From positions 2,666,001 to 2,730,000 of the forward strand of contig CM039003.1 in assembly GCA_017499595.2 (NCBI GenBank): a stretch of 64,000 bases of DNA, in the 5' to 3' direction. Position numbers and translations under genes: made by a program. The stretch's first letter is position 1. Each line of letters starts with the position of its first letter. Positions 23,701 to 33,299 of this stretch are shown piece by piece. The stretch is from Psilocybe cubensis. Taxonomy: Eukaryota. The notes below the pieces were generated by a model. That model made no database searches, was not told the origin of the DNA, and saw nothing but the letters and a program-made list of their open reading frames with translations.

Positions 23701-26171
23701 GCCGACTAATCATAAACATGGTCGTTGGGGGACTCACCCAATACAAGGCCCAAGTACAAAGTATGCCCAAAGAAGTAGCTGACCAGATTGAAAAGAAGAT
23801 CCACAAATTCTTCTGGGACGACAAATCCGCCACCGTAAATATTAACACAATACGCCTACCAATAAATGAGGGAGGCAGAAACCTACTAGATATAAAAGCG
23901 CGAAACGAAGCCATAGAGCTCATGAAACTCCGAAACTTTACAAAGCCCCCAAAAGATAGGCCGAGATGGGCTAAAGTAGCAGACCAAATCCTTGTCCTAA
24001 ACGCAAACCAGGCCTTTGACGTCCCCGATGTTGCAAAAGAAGACAACTACTTCCTGCAAAACTGGACAGCGAAACTACAAAGTAACCCTAACATACCAGA
24101 CAGCCTACGAGACATGCTAGCAACAGCAAGAAAGTACAATGTTGGAGTCCACGACGTGAACCCAGGCAAACAAATGAGGGAACAAATGCCAATCTGGCAC
24201 CACATAGGCTTCGACCCGAACAAAAGGTCGTACAGAACACACAAATGGGTAAGATGCCAGCAGCAAAACCACCATATATCGCTGACAGGCCAGATGGCGG
24301 CCTTTGCCCACCGAAATAACGGTAGAGGCCACCTGCGACGTAGAAACTGCAAATGTGCATTATGTAAAGAAGACAGAGCCGCCGGCTGCAACAACCCAGC
24401 ACTATGTCGCGAGGCAGCTGCAAAAGTATTGGACATCCTGCTCCCAAATTGGGACCCAAGGAAGGCAGAAGACATCCCCGGCTTATCAGCACAGGATGTG
24501 GAGACAAACAACCGGAACATAATGACAAACAAGCCAGTTATCTTCAATCCAAAAACTTCAACAGACGGAACACCTCTGTCCAACCTGAGAGTTTTCAGAA
24601 GTAAGCCGCCCATGCCGGAACCAGGAGACAGACAAGTACAAGCCTATCCCCCCGTATTCGAGGAGGAACCAGAACCAGAACCAGACCCGGAAGACAAACA
24701 AGTCATATACTTAGCCAGCACGTGTAAGAACACTAACACTGAGACGGCAACATCATCTGGAGTAGCCTGGTATGCAGGAAATAATGCAAAGAACTTCACC
24801 ATTAAAAGAACAGGCCCCACGCAGACAGCAAGACGCAGCATGCTAACCCTGCTCCAACTCATACTACGCGACGAGCAACATACCGTTAAACTTGACTTCA
24901 AATCAAAATCACCCCACCTGACAAAAATGCTCCATGAACAAATTCACCACCTAGAAGACTGTGGGTGGACAAAGGACCATGATGCAGACATTCTGCAAGA
25001 AATACTAAACCTTCTACGACAGAGGAAAGCTCAAACAACTTTCCAGACAATAACCGAGGACGAACCAGATGAGTGGACGACCCTCGAAGAGGCCCAAAAC
25101 CTGATCTCTCCTGCACACGGAGAAGTAAGAAATGACAGACCAGATGAACCACCAAGGGAACAACCTACCACACAACACCAAATTGGGATTAAGATACAGG
25201 CAATGTCCCAGTCAACCGCATACAAAGCTATAATGAGAAGAGAAAAGGAAAAAGTAGAACCAAGGAGACAAACCCTAATCAACCTAGACAAGACACGATA
25301 CGCTGCAGAAGAAATAGGAAGATGTCTGCCAACAGATAAACAGATCTGGGCGGCCATAAAGAAAAGAGACATCTCAGTCCGAGGAAGAGCCTTCCTCTGG
25401 AAAACCATGCACGATGCCTACAAAGTGGGCGAATACTGGGAACGGATCCCAGGCTACGAAATCAGAGGCTACTGCCACGTCTGCCAAACAACAGACACAA
25501 TGGAACACATACTCACCGAGTGCAGAGCGACAGGCCAAGAAGCAGTATGGCAAGCAGCCGAAGAACTGTGGAGCCTCCGTAAACTCGACTGGAAAAAACC
25601 AAAAATTGGACACATACTTGGGTGCGGCCTCGCAAACTTCCATCCGGAAAAGAAAAGAACCACATTAACGGGAGCGAACAGGCTCTACGCGATACTGATA
25701 TCTGAGAGCGCACACCTCATCTGGAAAACGAGATGCAAGTGGAAAATTGAACACGGAGCACGAGACGACAAAATAATTAGTGACGACGGAATCCGACAAA
25801 AATGGATACAAACCATAAACAGACGACTCAAAATCGACTGCCTCTCAACAAATGAGAGACGCTACGGAAAAAGAGCACTCAACCCCTCACTGGTTCAAAA
25901 AACCTGGTGGGGGGTGCTACTCAACCAGGGAGACCTGGGTGATGACTGGCTCACAGCCGCCGGGGTTTTAGTGGGTATAGAGGGGCGTCCGTCTGGACGC
26001 AACCGTTGAAAACGGTTCCCCAGTCCTACACTGCTCTCACACAGAGCGTGCTAAGACATTTCCCCGGGGTTAAACGTCACTACGTGTGACGTAAAAAAAG
26101 CCGATCTTGGAGGTCAACCTTGTTGATTGTCCAGGATCCTAAAGGCTCCACCAAAAAAAAAAAAAAAAAAA
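20771..26171 (+). mobile_element. Non-LTR retrotransposon (L1-like LINE), ORF1 absent or 5'-truncated
   Basis: A-rich strand, long EN-RT ORF, poly(A) at 26153-26171, flanked by identical 20-bp TAGTTTATTTTTGCCAACCT at 20751-20770 and 26172-26191. Confidence 0.95.
21015..26009 (+). CDS. LINE ORF2 polyprotein: APE endonuclease, reverse transcriptase, Cys-rich segment, degenerate RNase H, C-terminal zf-RVT-like CCHC
   Basis: EN motifs SLNIRG, LAIQETH, VYAPN, GDLN, SRIDRIY, TDH. RT motifs YRPITVLNTDYKI, QAGF, LDQEKAYD, GVRQGDPLS, LFADD. C-terminal CHVC...HILTEC. Confidence 0.95.
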   Translation: MSNANANATHQPQRQPTQNQNNRRTTQPRVQNHKLHMKTTRGSLKIASLNIRGGGSNNTRHKWGHVNQIIRDNKIGILAIQETHLKPDDVDSLHEQFPGRLHILNNSDPTQPNAKGVALILNKQLTAWKEAKTIKVIPGRATLMTLPWKNDSMINILAVYAPNPSNENAEFWDKLVTEWDTRNLPIPDIMLGDLNMVEEAIDRLPMHRDNHTQTDGLVNLKSYFRLIDGWRRTNTNTIAFTYTQDATQARSRIDRIYVSEQIFNHSRNWEINHTAIKTDHQMVSMEFTSPGSPFIGKGRWAIPLYLIKDKKVITEIKKLGRQALEKIDTLPADIRQGHDTPQSIFKKLKIDILKFTREFSRRETPKMDARIAKLKDDLKQTLNNTPGKPLEMIQADLAAIEEKIKQLETLRHTKTRDNIAVKGALESERIGKFWVQANKDRLPRDTLPQLQTLESTPGNKMYTRSTREMTKIATTYHNNLQRDGGDTNPSNEDYNDVLSHLRPKLSNNEKATLATLMKKEEISQACKDLPDGKAAGIDGIPHELWKMLIAQHENDKKHNNPTFDVITLLTKVFNDIEKRGLDNGSDFPKGWMCPIYKKGDKTHISNYRPITVLNTDYKIFTRILTTRLSRVAPTLVHPDQAGFMKGRSITDQTELARLMLSNCEAEEQDGVIICLDQEKAYDKIQHKFIWLTLEKLNLPQHFINSVRTLYENGETVIIINGEIGEPYKITRGVRQGDPLSCLIFNLAIESLAQLLRDSPLQGFKIKGETERLITTLFADDTTVYLCKDDDIQTLFGVLQKWCKVSGAKFNQNKTVIIPAGSPQYRKNVIDTRKLKPSNTTHIDPSIKIARDSEPVRLLGAYIGNDIKNLSVWTPTLEKIDKQLARWGRSHPTQEGRRLIINMVVGGLTQYKAQVQSMPKEVADQIEKKIHKFFWDDKSATVNINTIRLPINEGGRNLLDIKARNEAIELMKLRNFTKPPKDRPRWAKVADQILVLNANQAFDVPDVAKEDNYFLQNWTAKLQSNPNIPDSLRDMLATARKYNVGVHDVNPGKQMREQMPIWHHIGFDPNKRSYRTHKWVRCQQQNHHISLTGQMAAFAHRNNGRGHLRRRNCKCALCKEDRAAGCNNPALCREAAAKVLDILLPNWDPRKAEDIPGLSAQDVETNNRNIMTNKPVIFNPKTSTDGTPLSNLRVFRSKPPMPEPGDRQVQAYPPVFEEEPEPEPDPEDKQVIYLASTCKNTNTETATSSGVAWYAGNNAKNFTIKRTGPTQTARRSMLTLLQLILRDEQHTVKLDFKSKSPHLTKMLHEQIHHLEDCGWTKDHDADILQEILNLLRQRKAQTTFQTITEDEPDEWTTLEEAQNLISPAHGEVRNDRPDEPPREQPTTQHQIGIKIQAMSQSTAYKAIMRREKEKVEPRRQTLINLDKTRYAAEEIGRCLPTDKQIWAAIKKRDISVRGRAFLWKTMHDAYKVGEYWERIPGYEIRGYCHVCQTTDTMEHILTECRATGQEAVWQAAEELWSLRKLDWKKPKIGHILGCGLANFHPEKKRTTLTGANRLYAILISESAHLIWKTRCKWKIEHGARDDKIISDDGIRQKWIQTINRRLKIDCLSTNERRYGKRALNPSLVQKTWWGVLLNQGDLGDDWLTAAGVLVGIEGRPSGRNR

Positions 26172-26191
26172 TAGTTTATTTTTGCCAACCT
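26172..26191. repeat. Right target-site duplication of the LINE
   Basis: Directly follows the poly(A) tail; identical to 20751-20770. Confidence 0.95.
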
Positions 26192-26436
26192 ATTCTTGAA
26201 CATACCATATATGTGCACTGTATGGCTCTGTAGCTTTTCTAAGCGTCGTATCTCTCCTATTGCTTCAAGAACAAAACTTTAATGATCACATTCAACCAAT
26301 TTCTGAAGCAGGTCTCTTGTGACGTCTATATACTCAGTGTTTCTACAAAACATTGACAATTATGGAAGCCCTTTGGAATTACAGACAAGTTGTCAGGTAA
26401 AAATGAAATTGTGATTGGAATTGTACAGATGTGTAC

Positions 26437-28198
26437 CTATCTTTGTTCCTTTGGAATGCCGTCAACGTAGCGCATCGCTGCTGAACCTGAGGTTTGAGAT
26501 AAGTGCTCTCCTACAAGTACGGTCTTTGCCGTCCCTGAGCCGACTGTTAAAGAGGGAATACGGGTGCATGACGGAGGAGCAACATAATTCTTGGCACAAT
26601 GTACAAATTTGTTGCAAACAAATTGGCGGTGTTTTATTGAGTTACCACCACAAATGAGCCAACGGTAGCTCTCTGGAACCGACGGATATAATACAAGATC
26701 TTTGATATTTGGTGTGTAAGATATTACCATGTTCAGAATATCTCTCTAAGAATGATATACATGAGCGTATTCTGTGATTGATATTGACAATCACTTACCA
26801 CAGCGTTTTCTATAGGAGGGAAAGCCCCATCGTAGCCACCTTTGTCGTCAGGCGAACTAAAAATGCTCATCGCCAAGTGCTGCAGGGCAGTAAGCTTTGA
26901 GATGCAATCGTAGTTGTGAAAACCAATACACCAAAGCCCTTCGTAGGCCGGTTTGATCTGTAAATCATGCAATGACTGAACATGATTGTCCAGGCATCCA
27001 TCATAAAACACCACTGCCATTTCATCGGATAAATTGCTGTACCCAAGTCTATCCGGCTCCAGATACAATTTCTTCAATCCTGAATAGGATGATAGATAGT
27101 TGAGAAAGCAATGGGAAACATGATCAACACATAATGCCGTGAGATGGATTTCAGCAGTGGTAAAATATTTCCAGATGACGTCAAGTCGCGATTCATCCAG
27201 CTTAGTGAGGCTTAGCGAGGTCAGACATGCTAGATGGAGCATGAAGGGTTCGGTAAGGATGGGAATGTACGATGCCAACTTCAGGTGACGAAGACGCAGA
27301 GGCGGAATGGAAATTGGAAAATATTTGAGAAGATTGGTGAACCTCGCTGAATCATTGGTTATATCTCCTTTGTCAGGGTTGATAGCAGTGATCAGTTCGA
27401 GTGAACTGAGATTAGGGTTACAAACCACAGCTTTAGCAACATTATCCAGTATTTCGTCCTCCCATTGTGGCGAACACTTCTCTGTCAGAATTATCAAATC
27501 TTGTAGACCTCTTAAAGAGTCCAGCTCGAGTGGAATCTCAAATTCGATGAAATGTATTTGAAGGCAGCTCAAAGATGGAAGGTACTTCAAAGAGCTCATC
27601 ACAATTTGATGCACTTGTTTCCCGTCATGTAAATTAGGTACCCACCTGCGGAGGGTGATATGTCACTCTAGAAATCAAAGTCAATAAAATATACTCACTG
27701 TACTGCACGAACTCCTTGAAGCGAGGTAATTGCATCAAGTAAGTGGTTTATTATCCTGTCTTTGGCAGTGGAAACCTCGAAGGGATCTTTCTCAAATAGA
27801 TCAATGGAATTGTTTGCCTTTAGAAGTGCGATTGGACCAAAGGATCGAGGCGCATATCCAGGCGATAGAGTTCTGATGGTCAGTGCCCGGGCGGCATAAC
27901 ATGCGGGGTGAGTTGACCTCGCCAAAGCTTCGAGTTTCTCAACCCCCTGCTGATAATTGTCGCCGTGGATACAAAGTGTAACCGACCTGAAGATATGCGG
28001 CTGTAGAAGGTCTGCCATCGTATTACAAGTTAAGCGAAGTTGTTTGACATCCTCGATTTCCAGCTGGCAAAACCTTTGATTACACCCTGGCCATCCGAGT
28101 CAATAGACATTCAACGCACATACCTTGTCGCCGATTGCCTCAATCAGATCTGGTGGAAGGGTAGAGACAATTGAATCCTTTGGGGACGTAGTTTTCAT
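26437..28198 (-). CDS. F-box-like/LRR-like protein (family B, copy 1), ~4 exons
   Basis: MKTTSPKDSIVSTLPPDLIEAIGDK|LEIEDVKQLRLTCNTMADLL..., then the LRR-like exon 26733..27614 and the last exon ..NYVAPPSCTRIPSLTVG..; collinear with the paralog at 40315-42140. Confidence 0.75.
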
Positions 28199-28558
28199 GA
28201 CGTTATGACTCGGACTTGAACGATTGAACTCCAATCCAATGTTGTGCAAAAGCAGGTATTTCGCCGCAAGTATCTCGGGTTATGAAACTGGGCAAACATA
28301 ACATTCCGAGCTGATCCGAGGCAAGACCGGAGCCTGGGACTACAAATTAAAATGCCGACTGTCATGCCGACGTGCCGGCAACGTGTAAAGCGCGGGGGCA
28401 AACGATATGATGATAAACACTACAGGCAGTAGAGCACATTGCTTTAGAATTATCGAGGCAGATACATAGACGGCGGATACAGCCTGCCAACTACAGGGGA
28501 TTGATCAACTATAATAGCAGAGCTCTGCTTATGAACATGTAAGGCTCCCTCGTTAAAG

Positions 28559-28860
28559 TTAAGCAACAATGAGCATATCAATATTTTGAATATGATAAAT
28601 ATGATTCATCCCAAGGTACGAGTCCTGTTGAGCGCCCTGTCGTTGGATCTCATCAACATATCTGAAACCCATTGATTCCAAAGCTTTCCCACCACTTAAA
28701 GGACAGCGCATGCCTATGAAGCGTCGCCCAAATTTTCCAAGTGTTAAGGAAGGTATACTTGCGTATGAATGAGGAGCTACATAATTCTTGACACCCTTCA
28801 ATATTTGCCGGGAGATAACTGGCTGTGTCTGATTGCTGGATTTCCGCGATCCCGAGCAAA
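28559..28860 (-). pseudogene. C-terminal relic of an F-box family B gene
   Basis: KNYVAPHSYASIPSLTLGKFGRRFIG...FRYVDEI matches the paralog C-termini (KNYVAPPSCTRIPSLTVG..MRYVDGI; ESYVAPSSCKHIPSLTVTTKWQRHFIG). No upstream exons are recognisable. Confidence 0.7.
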
Positions 28861-30077
28861 ATACTTAGTCAAACTCATTGATGTACAAAGATCAAGGCCA
28901 ATTGGCCCATATGTGGAGAAAGTCCATACAAAAAGGTGCTTTGAATTTCAGTAGTTTTAGAAGCGAAGTCTTTCCCAGCCTCGTATCATCCTCTTTTAAT
29001 GTTCGATTGCGGACGAATACCGATGACAATTCCTTACGATCATATGATCTGGAGTCACACCGGATCCAGGTAACGCCTCAGGGAACGGAGGGGATTTCAT
29101 AACACATTTCCCAAGGCAAAAATCGAGGTAAGTAGGCATGATACTATGATGACAGTGCGATTCCATCAACGCACTGACTCCTTCGGAAGATGATTTAGGT
29201 TATTATCAGCTCTACGAGAACACATCATTGAAGACTATTGTCATCGGAGAAGATCGGCCCAAGCAGATTAACCACTGAAGGACAAAAGAAATGATTGACT
29301 GACCAGAGACATAACCTCGGGTAAAAGGTAGCACTTCACCTTCAGACGTCGACGTGGGTAGGGCGAAGGTAAGCCGTGTGAAAGTTAATGTACCTGTCTA
29401 ATGTGGAAGGTCTGAAGTTCTTGCTTGAAGTCCAGGGTCAACAATAACGGTCGTCGAATTTGGCGTAACCTCCGCAGACACTACGGTCCGAGTTACAGGT
29501 CGCGTCATATTTCAATGCCGCTAACCTGCGATACTTCAGCCGGCGCTTAAGGGTTCTGTTCCCCCGATATATCTGTGGAGAAGTTTAGTGAGGTCGAATT
29601 TCAATTGATCAAGCGGCACCAACGATCACCCTTCCCAGATTCTCCTGACTCCTTACTGCAAACACTAATTTCTAATGTATGTATCGCGAGTACAGGCTTC
29701 CAACAGGGGATGATGCGCAGATACCGATGCTTTCAAGAGCGCCAACAGTTAAGGCCATCCATATGTATTCTAACATCCAGACACAACCACCAAAACACCA
29801 ACTATCACGAATACTAGGCATCTAATTGGATACGATAAACAGGTACATGCTATTTCTTCGAAGCCCACGAGAAATAGTGGGGAGATTCGATCAATCGATT
29901 GATTTGACAGAGCGGAGATGCATTTCATCGTCATCTTGACCTTCTGCCCGAGACCCCGAGCCGGATCTCTTGTATTAATGGCTATAAAGCATGGAACGAA
30001 TGCTTCCGCTGAGATACGGCATTGCATTTAACTCCCAACTTGACCAACCACACATTAAATTCGCCTTTCCCATTATC

Positions 30078-30725
30078 ATGTTAGCAGCCAGCCAGCTTCA
30101 GGCAACTACTGAATCGTTCTTTCAAGCATTCGCCTTGGAAACACCGCCTGTTGGCATGTTATCATATTTCTCACACACCTCTCCCGCCATCGTTCAGCAT
30201 ACTCCTTCTAATTGTCCGATCCCTCTATCATCAAGACTAGAGGGCAACAATGCCATTCGATCCTACTTCGACCTCCTAGCTACCCATTGGCATCGTTCGG
30301 ACGCCAAAATCCGTAGTCCATTACAGATAAGCGTGGAGAAGAGACGTGTAATTCTCCTGGCCGACGTAATATGGACGTGGAAAAAGAGTGGTCGGCAGTG
30401 GATCGAGGAGTTTTCCTGGACCCTCGACTACGATGAAAGTTACAAAATCGTCAGCTTTGTTATACAGACGATATCTAGCCCTGGAACCTGCGTGATGCGT
30501 GCTGTCGATGCAGATCCCGTTGTACATCAGAGTTTTCTTGCTCTCACACAGGGTTCTGTAAGTCTCGCGCGTCGATTGCGCTCCCTTCACATATTGATGC
30601 ATGCCTTCTCCCTCTTCAGCGTTGATTCTCTTAATTCTAATTTATTAAGATTTTTGTGCTTCATTTCCACACTTAAATTTATGCATGGCCAGACATTTAT
30701 AAGACATTACGGCTTTCGTTCATAG
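30078..30725 (+). CDS. Hypothetical protein, possibly SnoaL/NTF2-like fold; 3' end uncertain
   Basis: Exon 1 (to donor GTAAGT at ~30558) reads ...SFFQAF...LSYFS...GNNAIRSYFDLL...VIWTWKKSGRQWIEEFSWTLDYDESYKIVSFVIQT, a pattern resembling SnoaL-like domains (inference). Confidence 0.5.
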   Translation: MLAASQLQATTESFFQAFALETPPVGMLSYFSHTSPAIVQHTPSNCPIPLSSRLEGNNAIRSYFDLLATHWHRSDAKIRSPLQISVEKRRVILLADVIWTWKKSGRQWIEEFSWTLDYDESYKIVSFVIQTISSPGTCVMRAVDADPVVHQSFLALTQGSVSLARRLRSLHILMHAFSLFSVDSLNSNLLRFLCFISTLKFMHGQTFIRHYGFRS

Positions 30726-33299
30726 CGAAGAACTGCGAGGGAACGATTGAATACCGAAGATCTCTTCCATCCTGTGCGGACACCATATGGAGGAAAAAAT
30801 GCCCAGATTCCAGGTTGGGCGCCCCACTTGCTCCATTGTACTCTATATCTGACACAGGGAAAACTGGTGTTGTGCTATGTTCTGAAAAGCCAACGTGGTC
30901 GATCGTGGAATAATAGAGATGGACATCTGGTAATACCATGTTCACGATACCAATTGTTGCATGCAATTTTCAACCCACGCATTTGTCTCTCTGGATGTAT
31001 ATATCTCCTTCAATGCGACTTGATTCCCAACTATCATCCGACTGGATAAATAGCTAGCTACCGATGAAGCCGCTGGGTGAGCGCAATAACCGGATACCCC
31101 TGTCTCGACGATAAATTTAGACCATACAGTTAAAGAAAATCTCGGCTAAAAATACGCTTGTCTAAAGGGGTTGGATCGTCAACAATTGTCGATTACGGGA
31201 GAGATGGCCCCCTGAAATGGGTTTCCAACATCGGAATCAGAGGCGCATTAAGAAGAGAAGAACATCGAGCGAACTCGACACTTGCGCCATTGAGAAGCTT
31301 AAAAGCTTTGTAGAGAGGGGGACTATCATTTTCACTTACTTTACGAAGGTCAGAACAGCGTTGTAGATAACAATCTGGTCCGCTAAAGCACGGATCGTCC
31401 GCTTGAGATGCCGGTTCGGGCATGTGTAAACTTGGCACCCCGTGGCCGACCTCCTAGCGCATCGCCTGATCTTATTTCGTCTGCCGCAGGCCCCGCATAC
31501 ACCGTTCGTAACCTCCAACGTCAGTGTCTTGTCGTCGAGATAAAGTCCGTTCCTCACAGCTAAAAATAGTAGCACATATGTAACATGTCAGTCACTCAAC
31601 AGTCTGCTTCTTCTGATTTATAGAGAAAGAAGCAAAGTTCGAAGACAACTTCCAACTTATATGAAGATCAATGATTCTTCCACACCCTCACATTTATTCC
31701 CTTTTTTACAAAAGCATGATCATAGACCTTGCTACACTCGATTGTCACGGAGATAATGTCTATACCATCGTCACCAACTCCGCGGATTCAACAAATCATC
31801 AACGATTATTTCTAGCTTCATCATACTATGATTGAGCAGAAATTTACTCTGGTATGATTGAGCATGGTCACTGAGCGTCATAGGGTTCACGTGAAGGTTC
31901 CGAACTTCTCAATTATAGTACATTATAAGCGCTATGAACGACATAATGGTGTAGCGAGCCACCTCATCCGAGGACAAGCGGTGTAGACGCAAGTCATAAT
32001 CGACGCTTAGACGCGCCTAACAGCGATTAAACGAAGTATGACTTCGGTCATCGGGGAACGTTGTTGATCGCAGGCGCATTGGATTGACAGAGAATGAATA
32101 GATGCAATGCACTATGCAATCAACGCCCTCGGAAATCCCAATTTTGTACAGCACTACGCACAAAGAACGAACCTGACTGAGGAGGCCCAGAGTCAAAACT
32201 GCCAAATGCTTTATTCTTCTCCGCGCAAAGTCGGAAGAGAACTACGAGGAATCCATGGAAAAGAAGGGTTGCTCACGGTTTCAATCACTTAGCAAAATCT
32301 AGTCGCATTTGTCAATCTTCTTCAAAGAGCACATCGTTCATTGAACGCACAGATATCAATTTGCTGAAGTGTAGGGACATTGCTCAACAGGGAAGAGGAG
32401 TAAGATATCAAACCTTTTGCAGCAACCTCTGTGCTCGACTCTGCCCGTTCACGCCACATCCGCGCAGGACGGGAAAGTGCACTAGTGTGTTTGCGTGTAT
32501 GTTACTAGTGATACAAAGTGGGGTTGAGTACAAAGCGATGCTTGTGAATGCGTACGTGAATAAGTGCGATTGTTATATATGTGAAATATGTTTGTGTTGG
32601 TCTTGCGGATCGTGCTTAGGTGTATGCGATGGGCCGGTGGACGGACGTGCTGTGGGCGAGGATTTGGTGTACTATAGCTACAAAAAAGAAAGCAGTGAAA
32701 TGAGAAAAAAAAATGAACCAAATAAAAGAAAGCAAAATAAATGTCGACTACATTCCGGATAGATCGCAAAGCAGAACAAAGCATAAAAGTGCGAGGGACG
32801 TGGTTGGACGGAACAGCAAATGCAAATGCGCATGAAGCAAGGGATGACGCAGGTAGATGGGAATGACTTGTACGTATCCCAGTCTTCTGCAGTCGACAAT
32901 GATTAAACGAATGGTTTTAAACAACATAACGGCACGGAAGACCGTATAAGAGCCCTGAGCCCAATAAAAAGAAATAATGTGACCGAACTTGTTTCGTGAA
33001 TGACAAGTGGGTTGTCGCGTCGTGAAGAGAGTGATGAAAAAAGAAAAGGTTTTCTACAATGCAAATTAGTTCAAACTACCACCAGACTTGGAAAAAATCC
33101 TGAAACGCACGTACGGCTATGACGATGATGAATGAATGGGGTTTGAGATGTGTCGTTAAATGATACGAGGTACGTGTATAATAGTGGTGTGTCGTTGATT
33201 TTATGTGACGTTCTTTATGAGATTCCTTTCCAAAACGATTGGGCAGTTTTCCACATTGAAACCGTGGATTTTTTTGTGAGGTGGGCACGGGTCATCCGT

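Noticed and set aside
21926-25713. Many minus-strand ORFs inside the LINE
   Set aside because: Antisense shadows of the biased codon usage of ORF2; no domain motifs.
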